This document shows, in pieces, positions 1-13,178 of a DNA stretch of 64,000 nucleotides. Within the stretch, counting starts at the first letter, position 1. Each line of letters begins with the position of its first letter. The DNA comes from Haliotis rufescens. Taxonomy: Eukaryota. A program made the position numbers and the translations under genes. Location of the stretch: NCBI RefSeq assembly GCF_023055435.1, contig NW_025963835.1, forward strand, positions 27,466,001 to 27,530,000, in the 5' to 3' direction. Below the pieces are notes generated by a model that saw only the letters and a program-made list of their open reading frames with translations, did not search any database and was not told the DNA's origin.

Positions 1-526
1 CACATTGTCGGAGTATAATGACCCACAATCAATTAGGTCACACATTGTACCATCTTATCTTCATTTAAATCTCCCCGCATATAACTTGTGAGAGAGTGAG
101 GAGTTAGGTTTAACGACGCTTTAGGTGAGGTGAAACAGGGTTTAACGTTTCCATTTCTGCACCTAGTCATGCCAGCATCATGTGCACTCCCCGACACAGC
201 GCACCAACACTAGGCTGTGCAGTCACCAGCTGCTGTTGACACTAACATCCATATTCAATACTGCACTCCAGTAATTGATGGCAGGGTGTTCAATGCAAAC
301 TGTACATGAATATGATATGCTACAGACACACATGGTAATTACATTCAAAACAGCTACTGATGTAAAACATCATGGAATAGAAGATTCAGGACAAGACACG
401 TCATGCATTCTGACTCACTGACGCATTTGTAAGTGAACAGGTGGATCAGATGATGGCTGAGTGGGTGGATGAATATGTGAGTATGTGAGTGGGTGGTGGG
501 TGGTGGATGGATGAGTAAATGGGTAG

Positions 527-771
527 TGTTTGTTTGTTTGTATAACGCCAAACTCAGCAATATTCCAGCTATATGACGGCGATCTGTAAATAATCGAGTC
601 TGGACCAGACAATCCAGTGATTGAAATCATGTACATCGATCCATGCATTTGGGATCAATGACATGCATCAACCAAGTCAGCTAGCCTTACTATCCGATCC
701 CGTTAGTAGCCTCTTCCGACAAGCATAGTTGACTTTTACAGAAGCATTGGTTGCTGAAGACCTATTCTACC
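527..771 (-). mobile_element. Retroposon family B, 5'-truncated
   Basis: Family B body with (CAAA)n tail. Confidence 0.85.
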
Positions 772-774
772 AAA

Positions 775-1310
775 TGAGTAGGTGGGTGGTGGGTGGGGGG
801 AGGATGGATGAGATGGGTGAGTGAGTGGGTGGTGGATGGTTGGATGAGATGGGTGAGTGAGTGGGTGGTGGATGGATGAGATGGGTGAGTGAGTGAGTGG
901 TGGATGGATGAGATGGGTGAGCAGGTGAGGGAGTGAGTGGTGGATGGATGAGATGGGTGAGTGAATGAGTGAGTGGATGGATGAGATGGGTGAGCAGGTG
1001 AGTGAGTGGGTGGTGGATGGATGAGATGGGTGAGTGAGTGAGTGGTGGATGGATGAGATGGTGAGCGGGTGAGTGAGTGGGTGGTGGATGGATGAGATGG
1101 GTGAGTGAGTGGGTGGTGGATGGATGAGATGGGTGAGCGGGTGAGTGAGTGGGTGGTGGATGGATGAGATGGGTGAGCGGGTGAGTGAGTGGGTGGTGGA
1201 TGGATGAGATGGGTGAGCGGGTGAGTGAGTGGGTGGTGGATGGATGAGATGGGTGAGTGAGTGAGTGGTGGATGGATGAGATGGGTGAGGGCATTTATGA
1301 GTGAGTGAAT
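775..1310. repeat. Complex GAGT/GGAT/GGGT minisatellite (31-39-bp units)
   Basis: Repeated GAGTGAGTGGGTGGTGGATGGATGAGATGGGT. Confidence 0.95.
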
Positions 1311-1920
1311 GCATTTGTGATTTGTATGACAAGAGCTGGACGACAAAAACTAAATGGCATAGCGTGATGTCGCAATATTTCACCAAAGGGTAGTATGTCA
1401 CTTTCAAAAAACCCATAGCTTACACAAAATCCTGAGGACAACTTGGTGCACGCTTCTCAACCTGATTAAACTCTATTGCCACATGGGGCTCTCCTCAAGC
1501 ATATACCGCAGGTGTCCCCCAGTCAGCCAGGCTCAGCTGAAGGAGAGAGAGACATTTCCCTCCTCAGGACTGATCCTGCAGTAAGCACCAGGGTGTACTG
1601 TCGGATCAGTACCCTCTCTCGACATACCTCCCCCACCCTCCCCCGACCACACCCTAATCCCACTCCCTACTACAGCAGATCCCATAAATCTGACACCAAG
1701 CCTTCATTAGTGTTGAGTCTCGGTAGGATATTTTAAAGGTTATCCTCAACATGACCCTCCACAACACGATCTCCTCTTCACCAGGGACTGGTAAAACCCT
1801 CAAGTTCTTATTATGCATGCCATGATCATCATCCAGTGCCACATGCAAGGACAAGTCTTGTCTTTTTTTTTAAAAAACACACAAAAAAACACTGAAAGTT
1901 AGCTGGGGGGACTGGGGGTT

Positions 1921-2087
1921 AGTGAGTGAGTCAGTATGGTTTTATGCCACTTTTAGCAATATTCCAGCAATATCACGGCAAGGGACACCACAAATGGGCT
2001 TCACACATTGTACCCATGTCGGGAATCGAACCCGGGTCTTCGGCATGACGAGCGAACGCTTTAACCACCAGGCTACCAAACCGCCCC
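1921..2087 (-). mobile_element. tRNA-derived SINE family A (tRNA-Asp-like head, (ACTC)n tail)
   Basis: A box TAGCCT(A/G)GTGG, B box GGTTCGATTCC; TSD GGGGGACTGGGGG. Confidence 0.9.
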
Positions 2088-2528
2088 AGGGGGACTGGGG
2101 GGACAAAATAATTTATGGGTATACCGCAATAGTATGTTTCATAAAAGTGACCCTTAGCGGAACAAAATCTGAGGTGCGAATCTGCGAAAAATTCTCATCC
2201 CTGTATATGCCTTGATTTCAATGCCTATATATGAACAGAGTGTGTGTATAAATCATTATGACATCAGTCATATAATCTCCATGATACATGTACAAATGAT
2301 ATGTTTATGCAGTCTGCATCGTTGGCCACTATCAGGAGTCAAAAATACTGTTCAATCTCGTATTTTTGGTTAATAATAGTCCATAATGTAACACAAAAAT
2401 CTTCTGAAAATGATGCAAAAAGCATTTATATATATATATGCCGTGATATAAATCATGATATACATGCCATCGCCATGTACATGATGTAACTGAAGAGAAT
2501 TATGAAATATGGCACAGAGGGTAATCTA

Positions 2529-3860
2529 CCGTATATGACCGCGTATAAGCCGAATTTTGAGGACCAGAAAAAAGATTCTGTAGAAAGGGGTCGGCTTATC
2601 CACGGGATACACTTTCATGATAGTATTTTTCAGATCGTGATCTGTCAGAAACATCGCCTGAATGACGGTCCGATAGATTACAACTTCCCGAAAGTTTGGA
2701 AGTTGCCACAACTAGAGCCATTATTGTTATAAATTATCAATAAAGTTATTATTATACACCAATGTTGTCATTATTAAAAAAATGTTATGCATGTTACTAC
2801 TTCCGATAATAAGTTTTCAATTGAATGTTCAAAGTTTATCGTTCTTCGTCAACTCCACAATCTTTACATATAACAATATACGTAATTCACAGCTATAATA
2901 TATAATCCCCAGATAAAATCGCCAATAGCTATTACGTACGTTTTGCAAAGTTCATAAATTGATAGTGAACAAGTGTCTACCTTTATTGAAAGGGGCAAAT
3001 AAACAACTGTATTGGCGAGTTATTCCGTTCGCCATTTGCAAAAACATGTGATCAGCTGTTTCCTGTGACGTCACAAACGGTGACAACTGTGATTGCTTCC
3101 TGTTGTTTAAAGCAACACGGTACACAAGGAAATCAGCATTGATAATAACGGGCCGATTGCTATTGTCATGTTGTTTACACAAACATTTTCAAGTTGTGGG
3201 TGCTTAGCGATCGTGTTGGGAGTAGGGGCTTAATTCCTTTGTTTTCGAGAGATTAGTTTAATAAACTGGAAAAGCCTGTGAGTAAGTGATGGTCATTCAA
3301 TGTGTTCATAGTATGATAGTTTATTTAATTCAATTGGATTAACATACAATAGTGGTGTAAAGGGGGTTATAAAAGTTGGTATATTTTTACTGACTGACAT
3401 TTTCATCATGAGTTTTAAACGAAAACGCCATGCTTACGATGCTGAATTCAAACTGCGAGTTTTCGCTCCAGCTGATATATTTTCTCACGGGTTCAGAATT
3501 CTATATACACCGATTCACAAAATGGCGCTTGGTTGTTGATGGCAACTATAACGATCATTATGAGATTAAAAAAACCCACGAGAAACAGCTTCCCACATTA
3601 TGAAAGTGGATGACTGGTTTGTTAAATCTTTATTAGAAATAATAATGACTTTTTCAATATAATTACAACGTTTTTCATCTTATATTTTTGAATATCTGCG
3701 AGTACCGGCACATGTCTTGCAGTCCGACTTCGCAGTGTTTTTTGTCTTTCAATTCCTGATTCGGCTTATCTGCGGGTCATATCATTTTCTTTCGTATTTC
3801 AATGGTCAAATTAACACCTCGGCTTATCTACGGGGTCGGTTTATCCGCGGTCATATACGG
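2529..3860 (+). mobile_element. Non-autonomous pogo/Tc1-mariner DNA transposon with a transposase N-terminal remnant
   Basis: TIRs CCGTATATGACCGCG(T/G)ATAA, TA TSD, subterminal TCGGCTTATC repeats; short ORF 3408-3539 begins MSFKRKRHAYDAEFKLRV. Confidence 0.85.
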
Positions 3861-4284
3861 TATTTCACAGAGTAATCTAATCTGTCAGAAACTTGTACAT
3901 CAGAACATTGTCCATATTTAATTGTTACATCAGTTGTTGGGTTCCATCTTCCATTACACAGCTAATTACCATCCCCATCCTTTGTCATGAGCCACCAGCC
4001 ACCACACTGAGCGACCCGCCATCAAGTGCCTCATTTGAGTTGTGTATGGGCCTGCGGTCTACACTACTTGCATTGGAGGGATTAATATAGAGCCCTGTTG
4101 GCAGGGGGTCCACTATCTGCCCTTGTGATCTTGCATCCATTACACATTTCACTCATGCCAGTGAATTCACCTCACCAAACCACACCATCATCAGAATATC
4201 CAAACCCACTCCTTAATACCACAACACACCACCTAGCACAGGTCACCTGCTCCCTTTAACTCTTGCACCCATCAAACACAACAC

Positions 4285-5078
4285 TCATGTGATCTAGCAA
4301 CCCAGGGTATCTACCCCCCATCTGATCTAGCATACCCAGGGTATCTAGCCTACATGTGATCTAGCATACCTAGGGTATCTAGCCTACATGTCATCTAGCA
4401 TACCAAGGGTATCTACCCCCCATCTGATCTAGCATACCCAGGGAATCTACCCTCCGTGTGATCTAGCATACCCAGGGTATCTAGCCTACATGTGATCTAG
4501 CATACCTAGGGTATCTACCCCCCATCTGATCTAGCATACCCAGGGAATCTACCCTCCGTGTGATCTAGCATACCCAGGGTATCTAGCCTTCATGTGATCT
4601 AGCATCCCCAGGGAATCTACCCTTCATGTGATCTAGCATACCCAGGGTATCTAGCCTACATGTGATCTGGCATACCCAGGGTATCTACCCTCAATGTGAT
4701 CTAGCACCCCCAGGGAATCTACCCTTCATGTGATCTAGCATACCCAGGGTATCTACCCTTCATGTGATCTAGCACACCCAGGGTATCTACCCTTCATGTT
4801 ATCTAGCATACCCAGGGTATCTACCCTCCATGTGACCTAGCAACCCCAGGGTATCTACCCTCCATGTGATCTGGCATACCCAGGGAATCTACCCTTCCTG
4901 TCATCTAGCACCCCTAGGGAATTTACCCTTCCTGTCATCAAGCACCCCCAGGGAATCTACCCATGTGATCTGGCATACCCAGGGTATCTATCCTCCATGT
5001 GATCTAGCATACCAAGGGTATCTACCCTCCATATGATCTAGCATACCCAGGGTATCTACCCTCCGTGTGATCTAGCAC
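4285..5078. repeat. 34-bp minisatellite with an internal palindrome
   Basis: ATGTGATCTAGCATACCCAGGGTATCTACCCTCC, about 23 copies. Confidence 0.95.
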
Positions 5079-5668
5079 CTATTACACACCAAAAACAAGG
5101 CCCCACCCCTGCCTTATCCAGGGAATTCGACCTAATATTGATATGATTTCCCCAGACCCGGGGAGAGAGCAGCAGTGATGCATGTAACTAGGCAAGCAGT
5201 CTAATTCAGTCACCTGCTGTTAAACCTGAGCCACTGCACCTGAACCACCTCAAACACATCTAGCCTTGCTGACCTTCACCTTATAAGCCAGGTTGTCGTG
5301 GGTCACAGATTATGAATACATGACACTTTTTATCGATAGCAACTTCTTTTATTCTTAGTGACAAATAAAAAAAAGTTGCTTTCCATAAAAAGTGTCATGT
5401 ATTCATAATCAAAGAATAAAAGAAGTTGCTATCCATAAAAAGGATCAAGTATTCCATGTTCTTCCAACTTCTAAATGCCTATCAAAGACTTCAGGTCACA
5501 GATTACAAAGGTCAGCAAAGAGGATGAGAAAGTCTTCTGATCATTTCCTACAAGGTGAGTCAGCTCCTGTTATGGCTGGGCTGACTACAATGCAAACTGT
5601 TCTGCACAGCTTCAGGAGGGCTGCTATTTTTGTCCGAAAGATTATGTCATGATGGTTAGTTGCATGAC

Positions 5669-6332
5669 TAGACCAGCATATCCTACATGTTATCACAAGA
5701 CCAGCATATCCTACATGTTATCACAAGACCAGCATATCCTACATCCCATCACAAGACCAGCATATCCTACATCCCATCACAAGACCAGCATATCCTACAT
5801 CCCATCACAAGACCAGCATATCCTACATTCCATCACAAGACAGCATATCCTACATCCATCACTAGACCAGCATGTCCTACATCCCATCACAAGACCAGCA
5901 TATCCTACATCCCATCACAAGACCAGCATGTCCTACATCCCATCACAAGACCAGCATGTCCTACATTCCATCACAAGACCAGCATGTCCTACATCCTATC
6001 ACAAGACCAGCATATCCTACATCCTATCACAAGACCAGCATATCCTACATCCCATCACAAGACCAGCATATCCTAAATGTTATCACAAGACAGCATATCC
6101 TACACCCATCACAAGACCAGCATATCCTAAATGTTATCACAAGACCAGCATATCCTACACCCATCACAAAACCAGCATATCCTCGACCCCATCACAAGAT
6201 CAGCATGTCCTACATCCCATCACAAGACCAGCATGTCCTACATCCTATCACAAGACCAGCATATCCTACATCCATCACAAAACCAGCATATCCTCAACCC
6301 CATCACAAAACCAGCATATCCTACACCCCATC
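5669..6332. repeat. 28-bp minisatellite
   Basis: CACAAGACCAGCATATCCTACATCCCAT, about 23 copies. Confidence 0.95.
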
Positions 6333-6337
6333 ATCTT

Positions 6338-6588
6338 ATTTGTTTGCTAATATGTTTGTTGTTTAACACCGCACTCAACAATATTACAGCTATATTATTG
6401 CGGTCTGTAAACAATCAAGTCTGGACCAGACAATCCAGTGATTGACATCATGAGCATCGATCCACGCAATTGGAATACGATGACATGCATCAACCAAGTC
6501 AGCGAGCCTGACCACCCGATGCTGTTAGTCGCCATTACAGCAAGCATGAGTTGCTGAAGACCTATTCTACCCCAGATCTAAACGGGCC
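6338..6588 (-). mobile_element. Retroposon family B, single 5' hairpin module
   Basis: Full-length; CCCATCAT flanking duplication. Confidence 0.85.
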
Positions 6589-8011
6589 CATCATATGTAC
6601 CATGAACTCACCATCATATGTACCATGAAGTCACTATCATATGTACTGTGAACTCACCATCATGACAAGTACCATATCACGACCTGACCATGATGACACG
6701 CATCATATCGTGACTTTCTGTATGGTCCCAGAGCAACGCAGTGTACAGAACAGTACAACCCATCCCTAGCTGCACTAGAATCTGATCAAGACATGCCCCC
6801 TACCGCCCCACCAGGCTCCCTCAGTTCGGCTGATCTGGCAGCGATAACACCTATGCAGGGTTCTTGGGTTAAATAAGTAAAATGCTGCACGTGTTTGTTA
6901 TCATACAGGCAATCAAAGAGCTGCCTTATAGGCCACGTGCTCATAACTCAACAGACAAACACCACCAGATGCTAAATGGGCGAGGTCCGTTTCCAGCACA
7001 AACTCCACTGCAGGCAATGCTAAATGTAAACTGTTCAAAACTATATCACGGAAAAAACAACGTTGGTTTAATCTTTTCTTTCCACTCCTAAATCGTGATG
7101 GTTTTTGTGGTTGAACTCGACAGTAAGCACCTAATCTAACAGCTACATTTGGTTGGCCTCATAGGTAATTACTTGTTGACATTGCAACTTCCTCAAGGAG
7201 CAGCGATAGAAATGTTTCCAATCCTGTCTGCTCAATTGTATCAGCGAAAGGGTTGCATCCAAAACAGGAAATATACATAATGTGGAAATATTTCATAGAT
7301 GTTCTCAATTTTGATATTCTTTACTTTGAACAAGTAGGGATTTGGATTCCATTTTTAATAAAAGTCTGAATATTTAAGCCATGCTAAGGTTGCTCTTTAT
7401 ATACAAAAGTTGAAGTAAATGAAAGTATTCCTGTCTTTGAATGGATCTATTCCATCTCGTGTGACAATCAAACTCTTAAACAACTTGGCTGCTGCACTGC
7501 TAATTATCATTCAGAGGCTGTCGTCGCTCTTGTCATTCGAGGTGTCTTCTTATGTAAAACTAAATTCAGAAAGGTCCAAAGGAGAACTGTTGAAAAGGCG
7601 AACTTTACCCCTCATCAAAACAAGACTACTTTTCTACAACACCTAACAACTGAAGAAATCTCAGCCCATTTTTATTAAAATCAGATCTTTTAATCTGATA
7701 CGATATGAGATTTGAGGATGTCTCAAGGGAGGGTGTGTCAAGATAACCCTCAGCGAAGTATGACAACCCAATATAAATGTGTGGATTCTTGGGCCAATCA
7801 GATGTCAGCTTTCCAAACCATTCAGCTTCGCCACCTCAATTCAGAAATTTCAATTTGTACAAATGAAAACCCCCTTAGGACACCAACATTCCTAATGGTA
7901 CTACCAACTAGATGTCCATGCCATAGCCGTCAGGAACAACAAGGTCGTACTGTATAAAATATCAGAGCAATATAATACAGCAGCCTTATATATCTACATT
8001 CAGAATTTGTT

Positions 8012-8159
8012 GGGGTGGTCAGGTAGCCTAGTGGTTAAAGCGTTCACTCGTCACGCCGAAGACCTGGGTTCGATTCCCGACATGGGTACAATGTGTGAAG
8101 CCCATTTCTGGTGTCCCCCGCTGTGATATTGCTAAAAGCGGCGTAAAACCATACTCACT
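8012..8159 (+). mobile_element. SINE family A
   Basis: A/B boxes; TSD CAGAATTTGT. Confidence 0.9.
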
Positions 8160-8661
8160 CAGAATTTGTCATTTTTTAGTATGTTTTCAGAAATGCTTGT
8201 ATGAATACTGGTATGAATGCTTTGCTCAATCATACCAAAGATTTAGAAGCCTTGATACTGATTGGCTGATTGGAAAGCGCCACTGATGCAACCTCCAAAG
8301 GATGTGTCCTCATATCTTTACACAGGGATTTATCGTATCAGAGCAAAAGATCTGATCATAGTGAGATTGGATCTTTTTACATGCAAAATTTTACATTACA
8401 TTAAGGTCATAAACACTATCTACCCGAAAGTACTTTTGTTGAAGTGGGTAGAGCAGGGATGGATCTAGGATTCGAAACTAAGTGCCCTTGGCAGACAGGT
8501 TGAGAAAAAATTCATTATTACACTAAATTGGGATTATCTAAAAACAAATATTGACTTCAAAGGTTTTTATCAGTGTTTTCTCAGCATTGCTTTCAATGCA
8601 ATACTCTACACCTACAACTACAAAGCCTCTAACCCACTATCACGTTTATTGGCCAGGTTAT

Positions 8662-8868
8662 GGTTGTTAGATGTTGTTAAAGCTGCACTCAGCAATATTC
8701 CAGCTATATGACGGTGGACGGTAAATAACTTACACAATTGGGATACGATGACATGCATCAACCAAGTCAGGGAGCCTGACCCCCCGATCCTGTTTGTCAC
8801 ATCTTACAACAAGCATAATTGACTTTTAAGGCATGCATGGGTTGCTGAAGACCCGGATCTTCACGGGT
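8662..8868 (-). mobile_element. Retroposon family B, internally deleted
   Basis: Both ends present; TSD GCCA(G/C)GTTAT. Confidence 0.85.
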
Positions 8869-9272
8869 TGCCACGTTATCAGTGAAGTAAGTCTCTAAAA
8901 AGCCAATACATTTGTGATGAGTAGTTTAACAGGAGTTGGGAAGGACTTTAATTCCAATTTTGGGATTTTATTACGTTTCCTGCAGACTTGTGGCCGAATT
9001 GTGGCAAAGATAAATCCCTATTAGCACAAAGTGTAGGTCAGTGCTCGACACAAACACTTGTCACTGGTCTGGGTCAAGTATATTTTCTTAACGACCAGAA
9101 AACTTAAATAAATGGTGGTCCAGTATTGTTATTTTGGGAATGAACAAAGTAATTCAAGTTTGGACAACTTTTGTAATCATCGATAGATCCAGTCAGTCTA
9201 AACTCGAAGCACCATTGCGTCTAGTAGATATCCCAAAGGGCCAGTAGATTTCTTTTGGTGCTGATCCTTTGG

Positions 9273-9684
9273 TGAGGTGAGGTGAAATTGGGTTTAACGT
9301 CGCGTCCAAGATTATTGCNNNNNNNNNNNNNNNNNNNNNNNNNNNNNNNNNNNNNNNNNNNNNNNNNNNNNNNNNNNNNNNNNNNNNNNNNNNNNNNNNN
9401 NNNNNNNNNNNNNNNNNNNNNNNNNNNNNNNNNNNNNNNNNNNNNNNNNNNNNNATGCTGATTTATAGTGCTAGGCCACTGAGATACCATGCCGCAGTTT
9501 AACATGAATATCCCACTCAGACACAGTATACTGACTCCGAGCCGACCAGTCCTTGTTTTAGCCCCTTAATGCCGAGTGCCAGACAGGGTAACAACAAGTA
9601 CCATCTTTTAACGTCTTTTGGTATGACGCGGTCGGGGATCGAACCCCGGACCTTCCGCTCTCCCACAAGACCACGGAGGCGGTC
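9273..9684 (-). mobile_element. SINE family C (Meta/MESC-domain-like), spanning the gap
   Basis: B box GGTTCGATCC; GTCATACCAAAAGACGTTAAAAGATGGTAC and CAGTGGCCTAGCACTATAAA motifs; 13-bp TSD GCTGATCCTTTGG. Confidence 0.8.
9319..9454. other. Assembly gap (136 N)
   Basis: Run of N. Confidence 1.
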
Positions 9685-10592
9685 GCTGATCCTTTGGACC
9701 AGTGACCCATTTTGGCCTGTGTCAAGAACTGCAGGTGCAATGTTCTCTGAAGCCCAACAATGGCCTTGCTTTGCTAAGTGACAGCATTGCTTCACGCTGG
9801 TCACAGTTTTCACATACCGTATGGCTCAGTTTGAAAAACTTGTTAAAAACCTTGCGCCTGGGTTACACAAACCTATCACAATGGCTAAATGCTAAGCATA
9901 GGTAATTATCAAGGAACTGGTATGTACACAGGGCCTGTTCAGCTGGTTCACAATGACATAGCAACGTAAGTGCCGTGCCCTTTGGTAAATACCAGGGAAA
10001 GTAAACAAAGGGAACAACCTGCCTCTACACCTAGCCAAATGTCAGCCAGCAGGAGGAGGTGCACAATCGCTGTGACATTCAACCGACGCACACTGGGCGG
10101 ATGCAAGCCAGGCTGGTAAAGTTGGTCGTGATGGTTGCACCGTCGACATGCAGACAGAACCTGTATGGCACTGCATGGGGGCGCACTCAGCTCAGATCAC
10201 AATAGCCTTGTCCTGGGCTACAAGACTCCAAGAGGAAATGCCACAGATTAACATGAATAGATCATCAGTGACAAATCTCGACTACACCTTGTTGAAAAAA
10301 TGATGTAAAGGTCTGATTCAGAGACCCACATCATTTTTCATAAAATTCAATCGCAAGTTAATTATTTTAGTTGCCATTGTACCCTTCTACACCAAACATA
10401 AAACATCAAATGTTCAAAGGCCCTGCAAATGTGTGATCAAAACAGCACTGAAAACACCTAACCTTTCTGCTATATAGTCTTAAGAGTGCAGCACAGATAT
10501 GAGGTGCCAACTGGCATTGCAGAGAGATTATACTGCCACTTCAAACAGTTGCTGTTTTCTGTAAGACAAGACTGGGCAAGCCTGTAATGTTA

Positions 10593-10756
10593 GGTGGGTG
10601 AGTTTGGTTTTACGCCGCTTTTAGCAATATTCCAGCAATATTACGGCGGGGTACACCAGAAATGGGCTTCACACATTGTACCCATGTCGGGATTCGAACC
10701 CAGGTCTTCGGCGTGACGAGCGAACGCTTTAACCACTAGGCTACCCGACCGCCCCC
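10593..10756 (-). mobile_element. SINE family A
   Basis: Near-consensus copy. Confidence 0.9.
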
Positions 10757-11047
10757 CTGTAATATTGAATGCAGACAGTAATGTGGTGACATCCTCACCC
10801 AGTGTCTGAACCACTCCCATTAGTATATACACAACAAGTTGACGCAAGCAGCAGTGGAATCAGGGGTGAGTACACTCAATAGAGTTGTCCCCCTTGCATG
10901 AACTACCTTGTTCGGGATACAGATCACAACCTACTGTCACACCAGGGCCAAGCATCTACCACATGATGTGACCCAGAACCATTTTGATTTTTTCTCGAGC
11001 TGCATCATAGCTTTTATCAGCATCCCGATACTGCCTGTACTTTGTCA

Positions 11048-11340
11048 GTTGGTTGGTTGGTTTGTTGTTTAACGCCGCACTCAGCAATATTCCAGCTATA
11101 TGACGGCGGTCTGTAAATAATCGAGTCTGGACAAGACAATCCAGTGATTAATATCATGAGCATCGATCCACGCAATTGGGATCGATGACATGCATCAACC
11201 AAGTCAGCGAGCATGACCATCCGATCCCGTTAGTTGTCTCTTATGACAAACATAGTCGCCTTTTTTCTGGCAAGAATGGGTTGGGGATGACCTATTCTAT
11301 CCCAAACTCACGGGTCTGTGCATAGTCGCCTTTTACGGCA
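11048..11340 (-). mobile_element. Retroposon family B containing a templated patch
   Basis: Family B body; flanks ACTT(A)TGTCAGT. Confidence 0.85.
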
Positions 11341-12603
11341 ACTTATGTCAGTAATTTGTTGTGCTTCACTATATATCAGTCATTATTTTAATGTAAAAGC
11401 AGTCTTTCACTGGCATACTGCAATTGCCATTTCGAAAGATTTTTAAAAATAAAATAAATAAATACCAATTTATAATGTCTATTCTCACCACATAATGGAT
11501 GAAAACAACTGAAAACCTAATGATGATTGAGTTGTAGCATTTGAGGGCTATACAAATTGGAACTGAATAAAACTGTCAAATGTAAACATAGTAAACATGT
11601 TTGTCTCATTCAAGCAGGCCCAGCTACAAACTTTGAGGAAAAGTGAAAAAAGGTTTACACCAGTCCTCAGGACTTGTATTAACACACACACCACATTTCT
11701 CTCTCTCTCTCTCTCCCCCCACCCTCCGAATTTCTAAGGCTGAAAGGTATGCTCAGATGATCACAAACTTAGTCTCTGAAAAATAAATAACTTTGATAAA
11801 AACAAACACCTCAATTTAAATGGAGTCCAGTGAGATGGGAGAACCTGTGAATCTAGACTTGATTCGTTAAGACTATAGCATTACAGTTAGAGCTGGGTTG
11901 AAGGGAAAATAATACAGTTCAGGGACTGTGAGACAGGCGAGAGAGGTGCAGGAGTGCACAGTTCTGAGCAACCCCTTTTTGTGTTTATTATGTGTAGGAT
12001 AAAGCACGTCTGAGGGTTCTTATGATACTAAAAAGTCAAAACACACATCCACGGGATAAAACCGAGGGGATAAGGGTTTTAAATAATATAAAAACCCGAT
12101 GGGAAGTGTTTTATCTAACTTTTAACAAACAAAAAAGAAACATATAACAACATTTATCAACATGTTTAAATTTCAAACATACTTTCCAAAAACCTTAGGA
12201 AACAGGAGTAATATATCTGTTGCTGGCGTACGGTACTTGAAAAGACATTCTAAAAGCATTGTGATTTATCAGCGCCTCTGTAGCCTAGCGATACACTCAC
12301 TCACTGGGCTACAGATACGAAGGTTGCGTGTTCGATCCTCGGCAATATAAAGGAAACATTTGTCATTTGACTTTACATTTCGTTACATTGTGTTCAAATG
12401 CAAAATAAATTTCTTGCGAGAAACAATCATATGTCACAATATATGGAAGTTGTATTTATAAAATCTCTGAGATATTATATAGAATCCTGGGGATATTATA
12501 ACATATTACACAACAAAAATCCCGGGGATATTACAACATCCTGTTCATGAGATTTAACCTGATTGGAGAAAATTAGGACGACATCACTGAGGTTCATTAG
12601 TTC

Positions 12604-12722
12604 AGTTCATGACTCAGGGATCTACCCTTGCTTGACTCTCAGCTCTTTGGTCAAAGGACAGTTCATGACTCAGGGATCTACCCTTGCTTGACTCTTGCTC
12701 TTTGGTCAAAGGACAGTTCATG
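12604..12722. repeat. Tandem duplication of about 55 bp
   Basis: CAGTTCATGACTCAGGGATCTACCCTTGCTTGACTCT.. twice. Confidence 0.9.
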
Positions 12723-13024
12723 TTCCCGACTTCTTAAGTACTTTCTGATTTCTAGAGGTGTGTGGTATTACCGGTTTACTACAATCTGAAATACTACGTT
12801 TCCCAATACCTGTGGAAAATGCTGGTATACTGCATTCTCCAAAATGAAGCATATTTTCATCTTGTCAGCAAAGTTTAAATCAGTGGCAAATCGATCTGAA
12901 ATTTTGAAATTCAGAAATTAGCACCCGATTCCTGTGATCGAAAAAGCAAATCTATTCGCAACCAGCTTCCTGTATATAAGTTGTGTATTACACATTCAGT
13001 GTGACCATGGAAACATCCAACAAA

Positions 13025-13178
13025 GGGGCGGTCGGGTAGCCTCGGGGCTTAAGCGTTCGCTCGTCACGTCGAAAACCCAGGTTCTATTCCCGACATGGGT
13101 ACAATGTGTGATGCCCATTTCTGCTGTCTCCCGCCGTGATATTGCTGGAATATTGCGAAAAGCGGCATACAACCAACA
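13025..13178 (+). mobile_element. SINE family A with a CAAC-type tail
   Basis: TSD ATCCAACAAA. Confidence 0.88.

Noticed and set aside
736-1416. His/Pro/Thr/Ser-rich ORFs (also at 5649-6445, 21637-22418, 28042-28537, 51873-52458 and 61791-62472)
   Set aside because: Micro- or minisatellite translations with no splice or homology support.
4285-5078. CRISPR-like palindromic arrays
   Set aside because: Eukaryotic context, no unique spacers, no cas genes.
8012-8090. tRNA gene
   Set aside because: SINE head: the acceptor stem is not formed, it continues into SINE body, tail and TSD, and there are many diverged copies.
10030-10196. GC-richer block as the next minus-strand coding exon
   Set aside because: One frame is open but the peptide is unrecognisable and the splice sites are weak; may be regulatory.
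11976-12545. Possible MITE with a tRNA-like fragment
   Set aside because: Termini and TSD could not be defined with confidence.
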